A DNA stretch of 64,000 nucleotides from Epithemia pelagica (GCA_946965045.2 OX337228.1:5952001-6016000), one strand, 5' to 3'. Counted from the stretch's first letter, positions 34,332 through 46,743 are shown. Numbers and translations: made by a program. Notes: generated by a model from the letters alone, not told the origin.

Positions 34332-35018
34332 CTTCAGACGAGGTTTAGTGAAGAGACACAATGAGATAATGACATACCATAAAGATCCCCCTAAACAGAG
34401 AGATTCATCGGATCATTCTCTCTCTGAAATTTCTGATGGAGCAGAGGTCGCGGAAACATTGGCTTGCCGTGGATACGTTGATGGATGGTTGGAAGGTTCA
34501 TGGACATGATGGACCCCACAAACCTTGGGCGTGTAATGTTCGGACAAAACGCGCCGGGCGAAGAAAATAATACTCCTACTCCTATGACGTAAAATGCGTA
34601 GGAGTAAAAAGCCATACTCTAGAAAAAGGGCGTGCGAACTATATAAACATTCAAAGTAAAGAGTAAAGAGGTGGGAGTAGGAGATCGAAGCAAAAGTACA
34701 CTAAAGACAAACAATTCTTTGTTCTTGAAATCTCATCCAGCGACAACTGCACTGCCACCGCTGAACAAAACGATCCTGTTCACAAGAACAACAGATACAT
34801 AGCTCCTTGTAACCGTCTGCTTTTAGTTCTTAAGCGAAACGATTTGTTAAAAGCGAAAGACAACTCAAATTCCACCTAACTTCTAGTTTGTTGACTATCA
34901 ATGTGCTCCGGGAGAAGAAGTGAGAATCGTTTTATACGATCATGGTGCGGGTTGCGAATGCTCTATTGTCTGCGACAGTTCTGAAAGCCTCCCCAAAGGC
35001 AAACAGAAATAGCTGAAG

Positions 35019-38000
35019 CTATAGTGTGAGAAAGCTGCGTGCGGACACCCGGAATGCTGTGAGTTTTTGAGTGAAGCGATCGCGATTTGCGTTGTCTAGA
35101 CTTCGATTGACATCCGCCAACAACTTGCTGAGAGCATCTTCCAACTTTGCTCGGTTTTCAGGCGATTGTGTGCTCAATAAGTGATCTTTGTATTGGGTGA
35201 AACTTTGTTCACTTGCAAGCATCAGACTCAACATAGGCCGCATGACCGCCCAGTGATTTTGAGGTGGCCCATAGAGAAGCAGATTGAACAAAGTAGCCGT
35301 CAAGCTTGAGAACAAATTCGGCTGGGCAGCCAAATGCTTTGAAAGGTATTGCATCTCAACTTTATCCTTTCCTTGGTTGGTAAAGTAGAATGAAGCCATG
35401 TGATCGATCGTATTCGCACAGAAGGCACTTATTGATGCATCACTCGACTGCAGTCCATCATGAACTGTCGCCATGAGCTGCATAAGAACACTCGTCTCAA
35501 GCGCAAAGGCTGTTCGACGATGGTTCCTGAAAAGGATCTCAACGAAGCTGAAGTACGCTTTGCTCAACTTAGGATACGCATTAATGTCGTCAAGAGGAAC
35601 GGTCAGAGCCATTCTCAAAGCCACATCAAGCGCGTTCTCCAACGCTCTGTCATTGTACAATTCAAAAACTCCGAAACACACATAGTTTCCTCCGAGAGCC
35701 GAGTTGAGCACACTTAAGGCAAGAGCTAATCCCTTGTACCGTTTCTTGTAAATTTCTGGGTCGTTGCTGTTTAGTGGAGGAAGGGACAACAACCGTGCAC
35801 CGTACGCACACACAACCTCACTAGTGTATCGAAATAAGAGAATACCATTGGGACTGCTCTGGTCAAAGTTGACCCGATTTGCTTTGTTGTGGCAAAACTC
35901 GTTCAAAAATCGGAGAAGACTGATGACGACATCCGTCTGATCATACCACACATCAGCAACCTTCGCCAGGAGAGGTAGATGGTTGGGGTGAAGGACATCA
36001 AACAACGAACCATATGTCTTGCGATTGTGCAGACTTGCCGTTATACCTCTGAGATCCCGAAAAACACCGATTAATGCCATTCGGCACTGTTCTTGTCTTA
36101 AGTCTGCTGGGGTTAGAGCCCCAAGCTGAGTCATTTTACCAACGACAGGTTCCAGGAACTGCTCAAATGTCAGTCCAAGTTTTTCTTCCCCGTTAGGGGA
36201 AAGGAGAAGACGAGTGAGGGTCGCGTGAAACGTTGTTCGGTGACGTGCATTGCCAGGAATCGCTAGGAACGGAAAGTGCTCTTCTGTGTGATGCCGAGCA
36301 AGGAAATGAACGGTTTCAAGGGTAAGCAAGAGTTTCGAGCTGCTGTACCCCTGTGCCATATCATGCAAAAGATCAAGGGTCTTTCCAGTTAATTCCTGGT
36401 CCTCAGGCCAGTACTTCAGGTTATTGCCCATCTTTGTCACAATAAGGTTTGCAACCGCGGTGTGCTCCCCCATCCCAAGTTGCTCAAACATGCGCTGGTA
36501 GACTTTTTGCTTGGTCGATGGGCCTCCCGAGTCCAATTTGGCAGTCATCATTCCTACCATAGTTAGATGTTCAGTTGAATCGGAATTTGATGGTGTTGAC
36601 ATTTGGTCCCACATGAACATGTACACACGACGGAAGTTCTGAAAGTAGAAAAGCATTGCTTGTTCAAGTCGCGGGTCGCAGCGACTAACACCATTCGACG
36701 ACGTCATTCGGTAATCCATTCCCTGCGACAGCTGCAGTACCCGTCTACTCAGACTTGCATCTATTGTCTCTTGACCTTCTGACATGTGCGCAGAGGACCA
36801 ACTGTGTCCCCCGACCACAGCTCCAACCATGTAAGTAAGCCAAGTGAGCTGACCTTCCACCACTGCAACTCTTCGTTGCATGTCTGGTGGGGCGGCGGAT
36901 GTAGAGTTGGAACCTATCGCCGACACAATATCACGATACTGCGTCATGAGAGGATCGAACTTAGCCAATATCATGTTCGCAACAGGACCGTATTTAAAGC
37001 GACAAATCACTGGAAGTCTGTCCAGCTGTTCCTTCAACGAGCCCTCGTCGTCCAGAGGGTCGTCAAGACCCCCTTCGCTTCGAATGACCGTTTCCACGGA
37101 ACTAAGCATACTTTCGATGTAGGTTTCCGTCACGAGTAGTACTTGTTTCTCTAGATGCGAGACATGACCGCTGGCACCAGTATCAGGCCGCACATAGGGA
37201 ACTGCCGCAACAAGCCGGGCCCATAGAGCCAGCAAATAGTGGATAGAGTTCGTGCTGTACTGCCAATTTTGTACCGACTGCACCGTGAAGGAAGCCGCGA
37301 GTTCCAACCAATCAATGTACCCTTCAGCTTTGACAAGCTCACTAAGCTGATAATTCGCTTTCAGTCTCCCTAGCAGGCGGCAAAATTCATGATAATTTTC
37401 CTGGTGTTGTAAACCCGTACGCTTGGAGAGCATTTCACGAATTCCGTTCACCAGTCGTCCCAGAAAGGCGCCCCTATCCTTATCCGTAGGAAACAGCGAG
37501 CGCCGAACCGACGACAAGAGAATGATTGCTTCCATCGCTTTCGAGGATTGAGGTGGCTCCGTGTTTGCGTAGAAATAGAAAAAGAGGTCGGTTGTCGCAG
37601 CATCACTTATTATGGTTCTCCAGGATGTGGGAGCTTGAATTGTTCCAATGTCCTCGGTGGATTCATCCGGATTGGTTCCGATAAAATCAAAGTTCAAACA
37701 TCGGACAGCGAGTGATAATGCCTGTTCTCCAAGCACCGCTTTCTTGACCGGCTCGGCATCTACGATGAAGGAAAGCACAGAATGTGAGCGAACGATACAG
37801 AGAATACACGTTCCATTCATTCCCTTCAGTTCATGCTTACTTATTGCACCACTTTGAAGTTGCTTGAGACTGGTCATTCCAAGCTGAAAGACTTTGAAGA
37901 GACAAACATCCCGAAAACTAACACTGGTCTTCCGGTGCTGTGTGAGTGTTCGTCCCGAAGTCGGAATGTTGAGTTCATCCACGAGCTGGTTTAGAATTTT

Positions 38001-38462
38001 GAGGCCCAATATGCAGTGTTCCACTGTCGCCTGAAGAAATTTCTGAACATCGTCCGCCAACTCTCGGTGTTTGGAGTCATCAAACCAACCCAGCTTGGTG
38101 ATGCGGCAAACAATTTTGATCAGGGACAGAACCAGATAATCTTGCAGATTGGGTCCATTGTTCGCGAGATATCCAAGCACGTAGTTTCTTATATCGATAC
38201 GCTGGAGGATGGTAAAGCTATTCCAGTGAATCGTTATGAGTTCAATGAGACTATTGGATGCAACAAGACATGCATACTGGGACTTTGAATTGTCCAAAAT
38301 GTATTGGCATTGAGGGATAAACTTGGCGTCCGTCTGTAAACTAAGAAGTCTTTGTTGTGCTTCCTGGCGACTAATCTGTTCTCCACCATCAAATTTGGCA
38401 GGAATCCCAGTGTAAAGTGTTTCACAGAGAGCTTCGACTTGCGCGAGCTGCTGTGCATCCAT
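35019..38462 (-). CDS. XPO7: Exportin-7 / RanBP16-17
   Basis: RNYVLGYL, HRKTSVSFRD, FDFIGTNPDES, YHEFCRLLGRLKANYQLSEL, RVNFDQSSPNGILLFR and NRDRFTQKL. One in-frame 81-bp intron at 37760-37840. Confidence 0.93.
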   Translation of the reverse strand: MDAQQLAQVEALCETLYTGIPAKFDGGEQISRQEAQQRLLSLQTDAKFIPQCQYILDNSKSQYACLVASNSLIELITIHWNSFTILQRIDIRNYVLGYLANNGPNLQDYLVLSLIKIVCRITKLGWFDDSKHRELADDVQKFLQATVEHCILGLKILNQLVDELNIPTSGRTLTQHRKTSVSFRDVCLFKVFQLGMTSLKQLQSGAISKHELKGMNGTCILCIVRSHSVLSFIVDAEPVKKAVLGEQALSLAVRCLNFDFIGTNPDESTEDIGTIQAPTSWRTIISDAATTDLFFYFYANTEPPQSSKAMEAIILLSSVRRSLFPTDKDRGAFLGRLVNGIREMLSKRTGLQHQENYHEFCRLLGRLKANYQLSELVKAEGYIDWLELAASFTVQSVQNWQYSTNSIHYLLALWARLVAAVPYVRPDTGASGHVSHLEKQVLLVTETYIESMLSSVETVIRSEGGLDDPLDDEGSLKEQLDRLPVICRFKYGPVANMILAKFDPLMTQYRDIVSAIGSNSTSAAPPDMQRRVAVVEGQLTWLTYMVGAVVGGHSWSSAHMSEGQETIDASLSRRVLQLSQGMDYRMTSSNGVSRCDPRLEQAMLFYFQNFRRVYMFMWDQMSTPSNSDSTEHLTMVGMMTAKLDSGGPSTKQKVYQRMFEQLGMGEHTAVANLIVTKMGNNLKYWPEDQELTGKTLDLLHDMAQGYSSSKLLLTLETVHFLARHHTEEHFPFLAIPGNARHRTTFHATLTRLLLSPNGEEKLGLTFEQFLEPVVGKMTQLGALTPADLRQEQCRMALIGVFRDLRGITASLHNRKTYGSLFDVLHPNHLPLLAKVADVWYDQTDVVISLLRFLNEFCHNKANRVNFDQSSPNGILLFRYTSEVVCAYGARLLSLPPLNSNDPEIYKKRYKGLALALSVLNSALGGNYVCFGVFELYNDRALENALDVALRMALTVPLDDINAYPKLSKAYFSFVEILFRNHRRTAFALETSVLMQLMATVHDGLQSSDASISAFCANTIDHMASFYFTNQGKDKVEMQYLSKHLAAQPNLFSSLTATLFNLLLYGPPQNHWAVMRPMLSLMLASEQSFTQYKDHLLSTQSPENRAKLEDALSKLLADVNRSLDNANRDRFTQKLTAFRVSARSFLTL

Positions 38463-39124
38463 GTCTCACCGTGTGAAAAGAAATTGGAATGATCCCCCCG
38501 CAGGCTTTATTACGAGAAACAAAAAAATTTTGTCAGACAAGTGCACAAGAATCACTTCACGTCATTCGAATGCGTCTTAAAGATCCCTGCAATAACGAAG
38601 CAAATCAGCTGGCTTTGAGGCAAGGTACTCCGGGAAGACTTACATGTTCACAGCGCAATGGCAACTTTTTTCTGGTTAGTCCATTATTACATTCGCCTCT
38701 CTTCTTCTCGTTCTCGTGCCCCACCGGGATATTTCGGTCGCAGAAACCTTCGGCATCTTGGCATATTTGTGTGGCGAGGGACAGATCTTTTCCCGTCGCG
38801 CTCTCTGGTCGTGGTCGTGGCAGAGATCCTGGGTAAATCGGGAGGCAGGATCCGGGATCCGGGAGATTGCAAGCCCCATGGAAAAGACTCATCATGACGT
38901 CATACTTTCTTCGCACCTTGCTACAACAATACGGCCAGACGAGCGACGAACGCCGTATACTCCGGGTTACTGCATTTCTCGACTTCGTCCACTCAGCGTC
39001 GGCATCTTGCCGAAGTCCATTCAAGTTGGCGAAAGAATCACGAGGCCCCGTCTTGATCACAGGGTGTCGTCGACCTCAATCCTTCTTTGAAAGACCATCT
39101 CTAGGACCAACCTCACATGTGAAT

Positions 39125-41701
39125 ATGGTTACACAAACACTTGCGTCATTGACATTGCTGATATTTCACTTGACTTCTTCGAGATGGAGAGCGTCCAGTT
39201 TTCCGATGGACCGCGTGACGAGTCCACTCTCGTCGTCGTCTGTGGCGGACGAGTTTCCTACAAGACTGTTTGTTTCCAGCTCGTTGCCAACCTCCTTTGG
39301 GGATTCTTTGCATGCTGTTCCAGAAGCCACATCCTGGAAAAAACGCAATGATAACTCGAATGCCAAGCGGCGAGTGCGAAGGAAATATACTCGCAAACGA
39401 ACCATTCCGGAAACCGAGCAACGGTTGTCGGAAGCCAGGAAACAGTGGCAAGCCGATTACGAACGTATCCTCAACACAGCGGCTGTGGAAGGAGAGCAGT
39501 GTCCCAGTATTTGGAGCTTCGAAAGTTTATTTCCACAACCTGTCTTGGATGAGGCGTCCATCAAGCGTGATTTGTATGGTGTCCGTGAGCGAGATGCCAA
39601 GACGGCACTCGATCGAATCAAACAACCCACGGGCGAAAAGCTGTCCAGTACAATTATGACGGAAACAGAAACACTCAATTCGACCGAATCCTTGGCGGCA
39701 AGTGCAAAAATGAAGAGTTCCCTCTACGGTGGATCATCCATGATGCGCCTTTGGCGTGAGCGACGTCTCGGTTCGTCTTACCTTCCCGATGGCTCGCTTG
39801 GAACCACTGGGAAGGAAACTCAAGGAACAGTGTCCAATCAACCTTTAGGAAAAGGACAACAAAAAGCGTCAAAGAAACCTACCAACACTCTCGACACCAT
39901 CTTAGCTGCGGCCAGTGCGGCACTAGCTGAAAAGGAAACAATCAAAGGCAATACGAATGCCACCACCAAAGTGGATCAGGATCTTACACGCATGGTAGAA
40001 TATAGTATGTACGGGTACCGAAGAACTCGAGACGGGGGGTATCAGTATGAAACTTCTCTGGCGAATGACGGTGCTGTCCAGTTTCGTGACGGAGTTCGGC
40101 TGAGCAAACCATTGCGAATCAATGCGGATCGTCTTACCTACCTGGCCAAGAAAGAATTACAACACGGACGCATCGAAGAAGCTTCGGAACTATACGAACA
40201 AGCTATTGTGATTGATCCACAAGATGGGAGAGCCTATCTTGGACTGAGTCGATGTGCCGAACGTCGACGAGATTTTACCCTGGCACGAGAATGTTTGCGA
40301 GCTGGAATTGCTCATTCGTCCACCGTCGTTGACATTGAGGGGGTGGAGGATCGAGGCGCCAATCCGTTTTTGTTGCAAGCTCTCGGTTGCTTGGAAGAAA
40401 AAATGGGCCACTTGTCCGAGGCGGAAGCCCTGTACGTGTCGGCCACGAAATCACGACCATGGCATTCCGCGGCCTGGGTCGCCCTGGCACAACTTCGTAC
40501 CCGTAAATTGGGTCAAGGTGCAGGTGCAGGTCGTGCCTTGTACCAAACGGCGGAACTGGAACTCAAACGAGCTGGGAAATCCCAATCCTCTCATGTGTAC
40601 ACGGCTTGGGCCTCTTTGGAATACCACAGCGCGGGGGATATTCGACGAGCTCGAGAATTGTTCAATGCCGCCATTGATTTGGACCTGAAATGCTCCGTCG
40701 CTTACCTGCAGCTGGGAGTCATGGAGGCTGCCATGGAAAACTGGGACGCGGCCCAACAATGCTTTGATTCCGTGTTGAAATTTGATCCACGAAACTCCAG
40801 GGTTCTTCAGGCCTATGCCATTATGGAAACGAAACGGCCGAACGGAAACAGTCGTAAGGCAATTGATCTTTTTGAACGTGCGCTCAAGGCCAACCCACGA
40901 GATGGTGGAGTCCTTCAGGCTTATGCATTGTACGTGTCGACTCTTGGAGATGTGGAGTCGGCGCGTGGTCTACTCTCTCGCGCCACGGAAGTGGATAAAC
41001 GTCACTCTGCGGCATGGCAAGCATGGGGCGTGCTGGAGATGAACCATGGAAATCCAGAACAGGCACGCATAATCTTTCAACAAGGTATTTGGGCGTGTGC
41101 CCAGTTAACAGGTGGACAGTCAGGTGGATACCGTTGTGCTCGTCTGTGGCAGGCATGGGGTATGTTGGAAGCCCAAGAAGGCGATCACGCGGCCGCTCGA
41201 CGATGTTACAGCCGTGCGCTCGATGCGGACAACCGAAATGTTGCTACGGTTACAGCCTGGACATTGATGGAATCGGACTTGGGAAACATTCGTGACGCCA
41301 GATCCATCATGGAACGAGCATTGAAACAATTCGCACCAGGCAGTGAAGCCAAGAAAGGTCTGTGGAGAACCTATGAAAATATGGAAAAACGTCATGGTAA
41401 CATGAACGAAGCACAACGAGTGTATCAGAGAAGCATGCGTGAAACCCTAGAAAAGGCTGATGTGGAGGATGCCGTCTCGCTTCCGTCTTCGGAAGCGCGC
41501 GACCAAACCAAACTCGGAAGCAGTGATCAGTCTGATCCGTCTAGCCTCTCTACTTCTTCTTCTTCGGAAGTTGAGATTGTTCGCTGGGATGGTGATTCGT
41601 CGTCATCGTTGCGGGGAGAGGTATGGATGAACGATCGTTCGATTGAAAGCAAACTGCCCGGCCGACAAAAGAAAAAGAAGAACAACAATCGCCAGAGATA
41701 G
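39125..41701 (+). CDS. HAT/TPR-repeat protein, Mbb1/HCF107-like plastid RNA maturation factor
   Basis: Signal peptide plus ASSF motif at the 39125 start. About ten HAT repeats, e.g. NPFLLQALGCLE, SAAWQAWGVLE and RLWQAWGMLEAQEG...ARRCYSRAL. Confidence 0.75.
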   Translation: MVTQTLASLTLLIFHLTSSRWRASSFPMDRVTSPLSSSSVADEFPTRLFVSSSLPTSFGDSLHAVPEATSWKKRNDNSNAKRRVRRKYTRKRTIPETEQRLSEARKQWQADYERILNTAAVEGEQCPSIWSFESLFPQPVLDEASIKRDLYGVRERDAKTALDRIKQPTGEKLSSTIMTETETLNSTESLAASAKMKSSLYGGSSMMRLWRERRLGSSYLPDGSLGTTGKETQGTVSNQPLGKGQQKASKKPTNTLDTILAAASAALAEKETIKGNTNATTKVDQDLTRMVEYSMYGYRRTRDGGYQYETSLANDGAVQFRDGVRLSKPLRINADRLTYLAKKELQHGRIEEASELYEQAIVIDPQDGRAYLGLSRCAERRRDFTLARECLRAGIAHSSTVVDIEGVEDRGANPFLLQALGCLEEKMGHLSEAEALYVSATKSRPWHSAAWVALAQLRTRKLGQGAGAGRALYQTAELELKRAGKSQSSHVYTAWASLEYHSAGDIRRARELFNAAIDLDLKCSVAYLQLGVMEAAMENWDAAQQCFDSVLKFDPRNSRVLQAYAIMETKRPNGNSRKAIDLFERALKANPRDGGVLQAYALYVSTLGDVESARGLLSRATEVDKRHSAAWQAWGVLEMNHGNPEQARIIFQQGIWACAQLTGGQSGGYRCARLWQAWGMLEAQEGDHAAARRCYSRALDADNRNVATVTAWTLMESDLGNIRDARSIMERALKQFAPGSEAKKGLWRTYENMEKRHGNMNEAQRVYQRSMRETLEKADVEDAVSLPSSEARDQTKLGSSDQSDPSSLSTSSSSEVEIVRWDGDSSSSLRGEVWMNDRSIESKLPGRQKKKKNNNRQR

Positions 41702-42207
41702 AAACACGATTCAGCCGTGAGCCTGGTGTCACCTTGTGGGTGACCATTATTTGTTGCAACGTGGACAGAGGCAAACTACCTATAGTATACGGCGACGGGT
41801 CACTCGTCACCACATGTGGACGCGCAAGTGTCCACATTTTGCTCTAGCGCGAGCCTCAATACAACATCATAGAGGAGGCCAAGACACTCCATGATAAACG
41901 ATAGCTAGCCAGTATGTACAATAGTAACATTCATTTCCTTGACGTCCGTCTCTTCTTTTGTAATGGAGCTTTTGCCTTTGCAATCAAACACAGGGCTGGG
42001 GATAGTCCTGAGTCATAAGTAAGTCGCGTTTTTATCGCTTTTCTTTTGTTTAACTCGTGACTCGCTTTTGTCGCAGAATCAAACGCAATAAATTGACAGA
42101 CAACGACAGAATCAGGGTTGCATGTTGCATTCGAACTTTTCACGGACGCTCTCGTTGGGAAGAACATCAATTGTGTTTTCTAGCAAACAAACAAGAATTG
42201 CAAGACA

Positions 42208-45200
42208 ATGGAAGTAGAAGAAGTATTGAGTACGGTCGCAGCGTTCGAAGCTGCCTATACAGAGCGCAAAAGTTTTCGTGACAACTCATTGGACAACTTT
42301 GGACACCCTGCACTTCCGCGAATTGCAGTCCACAAGGTTTCCAACAACGATGATGACGCACACTTGGTCGTCGTTTACTCAAAACACAGCATTGCTGTCC
42401 AAGTGGTTGTTCCAAGGTCAAAGACTGGTACGGAAGTGAGAGAAAGCGTTGGCACTCCTGTTTTGCCTATATGCCTGTTTTCAGGTTTCACAGAACAAGA
42501 GGAACCGGTCGAAGAGTATCACTTTGAGTGGATCGACGAAGATGAGGCGATTGAGAGCTTTCTCTTGGTGGAACTAGAGGACTTAAAGATCTGCTCCAAG
42601 AGAGATAAGGATGACGTGATGAACTCCCGGGTTTTTGGTATTGTCTTTGGGACAAATCGAAGTCGTTTGCTTGTTTCCGAGTTGAATGTGCGACCAAACA
42701 ACAACGCGGATGCAAAGATACAGTGGATGGTCGAGTGCGCATCTTCGCACCTGGGAAGCAACGTTCTCGAGGTTCTTCCGTGCGACGATGGCGATGTCAT
42801 TGATATCATTCGGCGAAAGAACAAAACCAAAACACAAGACGGAAACTCAGGAATAATGGTACCTTTCCAACCCTCTGGTGGTGTCTCCAGTATAAGATGT
42901 TGCCATGACATGATCGTGAATGCTCTGGAACCTCAAACAACTTATGTATGGATTACCTACAAAGACGGAAATATTGTACGTATGCATCACGCGGCCTTAT
43001 TTCCCTCTGTTTGGGCAACCGGTAGTGAAAAGGGTGTTTCCGTGGATGAACTCCTTGGGGAACACAACCACACGGCATTGTTCAGGTGCCGTGTCAGACT
43101 TGAACCAGGAGTGGAGCAAACAGTAGCCGTTGTACCGCTTCCAAAGTACCATCCATCTCCCCTGGCACCTGTGAGCTTCGCGGGTATCAGGGACGGAAAG
43201 CAAGACTCTTGTCATGAGGCTCTCGTGTTTGGATCATCCACATCTTCGTTCCCAACTTTGTGTCTCTATACATCTGAAAACCACTTTTGGGAACCTACAA
43301 CCACCAAGAAACCAGAAAGTCTTGTCGCAGATGTTACCAAAGCCCTTGTTGGTGGGGTGGTTGGCGCTCTTCGATGGGCCACTACGAGTAACAGCAACAA
43401 CTTTGACGACCCAGCTACAGCGCAAGAATCTGGTGGCGGTGGCAACAAGATTCAAGAGCTCCCCACACGACCGTTTCCTTCTATTTGGAAAATGCCTGTC
43501 TCTCTGTTCCCCGGTCCAGAGTTTCACGATGTACCTCGTGTTGTTGAGCAATGTTCTGTTGACCCGGATGGGCAGTATGCTGCTTTGGCTGACGGAATAG
43601 GAAGAGTGCTTTTGTTTGACCTTAGCACAAAGCAAATCATACGTATGTGGAAAGGTCTTCGAGAGGCATCTTGTGAATGGGCGAAGGTGAAACCAGTTGG
43701 AATAACCACAGATTTAAACTCAACACGTCGACGGAGCATGACCTACCTGGTGGTGCACTCAAAGCAACGCCGCGTGGTCGAAGTATTACCACCACGGGCG
43801 GGCGATCGATTGGCCTCCTTCCAGGTCAGCCATGACAGTCGTATAGTTTCGTGTCCATATGCAGTTGACGCACCAAAGCTAGGGACAACAAACTTTCAGA
43901 CGAGCCGAGAGCGCTGTGTTTACGTTCTGGACTCCACTTTACCAGGTGGCCCGACAACAACACTAAAGAGAGTTCAAATAGAGACTTTACTTTCTCAGGT
44001 ACAACAAAATCCCAAGGATGATCGTGGTCGTTCAAGCTCTCGTGAGGCTACAATGCATGTGCACCATCTCAAGCAGCTTCTTTCCGCTGAGAAGGCCATG
44101 TTTGCATCCAAGGACGACGTATTCGCAGCATTTTGTAAAATTACGTCGTTGCAGGATCTCTCTTCATGTCTAGATCTTGTTGCAATATCAACGGTGCTTG
44201 AAGATGAACTACTTGTCGATGGATCAGCGTTCCAAAAACTTGCTTTGAAGTATTGCTCGGAAAGGCTACAGAAAGAAAATCAGGAAAATGGCGACGTTGT
44301 ATCGTCTGGTGCATCGATGCTGTCTAGAAAAATCAGTTATTATTCAAGAGTGAGTGCAATTCATCTGGTCCCTCCTTGATCTGGAACAATAACTCACCCG
44401 TGCGTTGCAATAGTTAATCAAAGCTTATGATTTGTTGCGAGAATATGAATCGACTGCGTTTATGGACGCAAAAACGTCGAGTCTGCCTCTTTCGAACTTT
44501 GCAAAAGAGGCATTGGGCTGGGCAGAAGTATACGATGACGTGGTCAATCATATGGATGACAAAGTGTCTCAGAGTACTTTGGGCACCTTAACGTTCGCGC
44601 AGTTTGCGTCGTCGTGTATTTATCCATCCGACGACTCCATCTCAAAGTTACCAATGAGGGTATATCTGAGCGAGAGCACAAGGCGAGTAGAATGTAGTAT
44701 CATCGGCTTTCATGACGTGCTTATCTTGAACGTTACACGATCCAATCACGGCAACTCATGGTTTCATTTCTGAACAGGAAACGGCAAGAAATTCTTGTTT
44801 TTCTGTTTCGTCCACTTTTAGGCTGGTTTTCTTCAGGGGTAGTGAGCTCTGTATTCGAGGCCTTGGGAATTCGAGACGATTCCGTCTACGTTCTGAAGTG
44901 TTTCGGCGAATGGTTTCTTAACTTGAGTCGCAATGAGATTAGGGAACGATGTCTCAATCAGGCTGAATCTCCAATGAGCAGGTTCTTACGTGAAACTATC
45001 GAGCGCGAAATCACTAGAGGAACCGGAAAGCTCGATGGCATGTGCGCACTGTCTTTGCTTTGTGAGGAATCCACAGACCTTGTTAGAGCATTTATGCTGG
45101 CGACTCTTGCGCACGAAGTCCAACTTCATGTTTCGCAGAACACAGGAGAAGTGTTCTGGGGTAGTGTAACGAAGAGACATTCTATTGTGCAGCAAGTAGA

Positions 45201-46743
45201 CTCTATTTGCGAAGACCAAGAGTCCTTGCTGAGAAAGATAAGAGTATGCTTACTTGTGTCTTTGCGCCTTTATGGGAGAGACTTGGCGCCTTTCCCTTTA
45301 TCCGTTAAGAATATTGAGAAAGAAAAAGACTTCTCTGTGTTTAAATGGGTGGCCCTGGATGAGCTTCAGATAAGCGAGAAGCACGAAGAAATGGTGACAT
45401 TGGAGAAAGCTTGCGCCATGAGTCCGCACAAAGTAAATCCCTTCAACGCAATCGCAGATGAACCAAATATCTTCGCACTTTTTCATGCATCTTGTCGTGT
45501 CTTTTCATCCAAATCTCACGATGGTGTGGAGGCACCTCTCAAAACCGGATCACTTCTACTTTTCTTCCCTGATTACAATCACCATGAGTACTTGGCTGCT
45601 CATCGAGCACTTCTCTACGCCCTTGCGTGGATAAAGGACCCAGCTCAAAGTTACATTCTTCACCAGTGTTGGACGGCGATGAATAGCTTGCCAAGACGCA
45701 ACGACAGGCTCTCTGTAGCTTTCGTTGTGGCGCTCGACGTGTGGAGGCGAATGATTGCCCCAATATATCGAGCTCGACTTTTTGGTTTCTCCGATATCCC
45801 AGAAATACAAGAAGAATACGTGGCCCCACTCTTAGAAAGTCGTGCGTGGCTTCGGGAATTTGGAAAAATGGCCCTTCAAATTTTGATGCTTTTGCTGGAC
45901 TGCTTAGGTGAGGGAAAGCAGTCAGGAGAACCATCAGATTGGGGCCTATTGACTGTCGAACGAGACACATTGTGGCCCCCTCCTACAGTTGATCACACAT
46001 TGAACTCGCTCGAGAAAAGGGCACACGGGATAGAGCGAACCGCCGTCGAAATGCACATGGTAGTCGTCTGTGCACTTCTTTATTCAGAGGACAAGAGAGC
46101 TCTGACGGTTTGCGCCCCTGGCTTGGTTGAGTGCTTTCAACACTCTTCCCTTTCTAGTCCTGTGGATATTCCATCACATGGAAATCACCAAGAAAGTTTC
46201 CTTTGTGAGGCGGTTGTTTCCGTTGCATTTGAATACAACGGTGGGTCATTAGAGAGCTTCAGTTTGCTTACAGAGCTCGAAATATTAGGTTCAAAATGGG
46301 GTTATGACAAAAAATGGCTGAGAACTACCTTTCTGGTTGCAATGTACGAACTGGGAAAAGACAATGCAGTCGATGGGTTAATGATAGCTGGAGGCTCACA
46401 GATTATCCCACAACAGCTGATTGTGGCTGGTGTCAACATTGTTTGCCGAAGACTTGATAGATTCCTTGTAAACGCCAAGTCTACGTCAGGAGGTGAAACT
46501 CGAAATATTATGGGGCTGCTCGACGCTGAACTGTGCGAATGGATTCATGAACGATCTGAATCATCGAAGCCTCTGGCCTCTAGTCCAGTCCAAACAGATA
46601 CCGATGTGAAAGCGACTGAAATTCTGTCGATCCGCCTTCTTAGTTTGGGCTCTAGTTCCAACGCTGATGCTGGAATCCGTGCCCGCATCCATGCGCTTTC
46701 GGTATTGAGTGGAATACTTGCGAGGGCAAACGAAAGTAGCTAA
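42208..46743 (+). CDS. RAB3GAP2: Rab3 GTPase-activating protein non-catalytic subunit-like; 3 exons
   Basis: SVDPDGQYAALADGIGRVLLFD...IIRMWKGLREA and YLVVHSKQRRVVEV match the RAB3GAP2 N-terminal signature. Introns 44350-44413 (GT-AG) and probably 44683-44777 (GC-AG). Confidence 0.8.

Noticed and set aside
38867-39124. N-terminal extension of the 944-aa ORF
   Set aside because: The signal peptide and ASSF motif begin at ATG 39125; the upstream part looks like promoter/UTR.
41720-41835. Several short hairpins and a CCACATGTGG palindrome (also at about 9968) suggesting an H/ACA RNA
   Set aside because: The stems are short, the box spacing is unconvincing, and repeated 10-mer palindromes are expected by chance.
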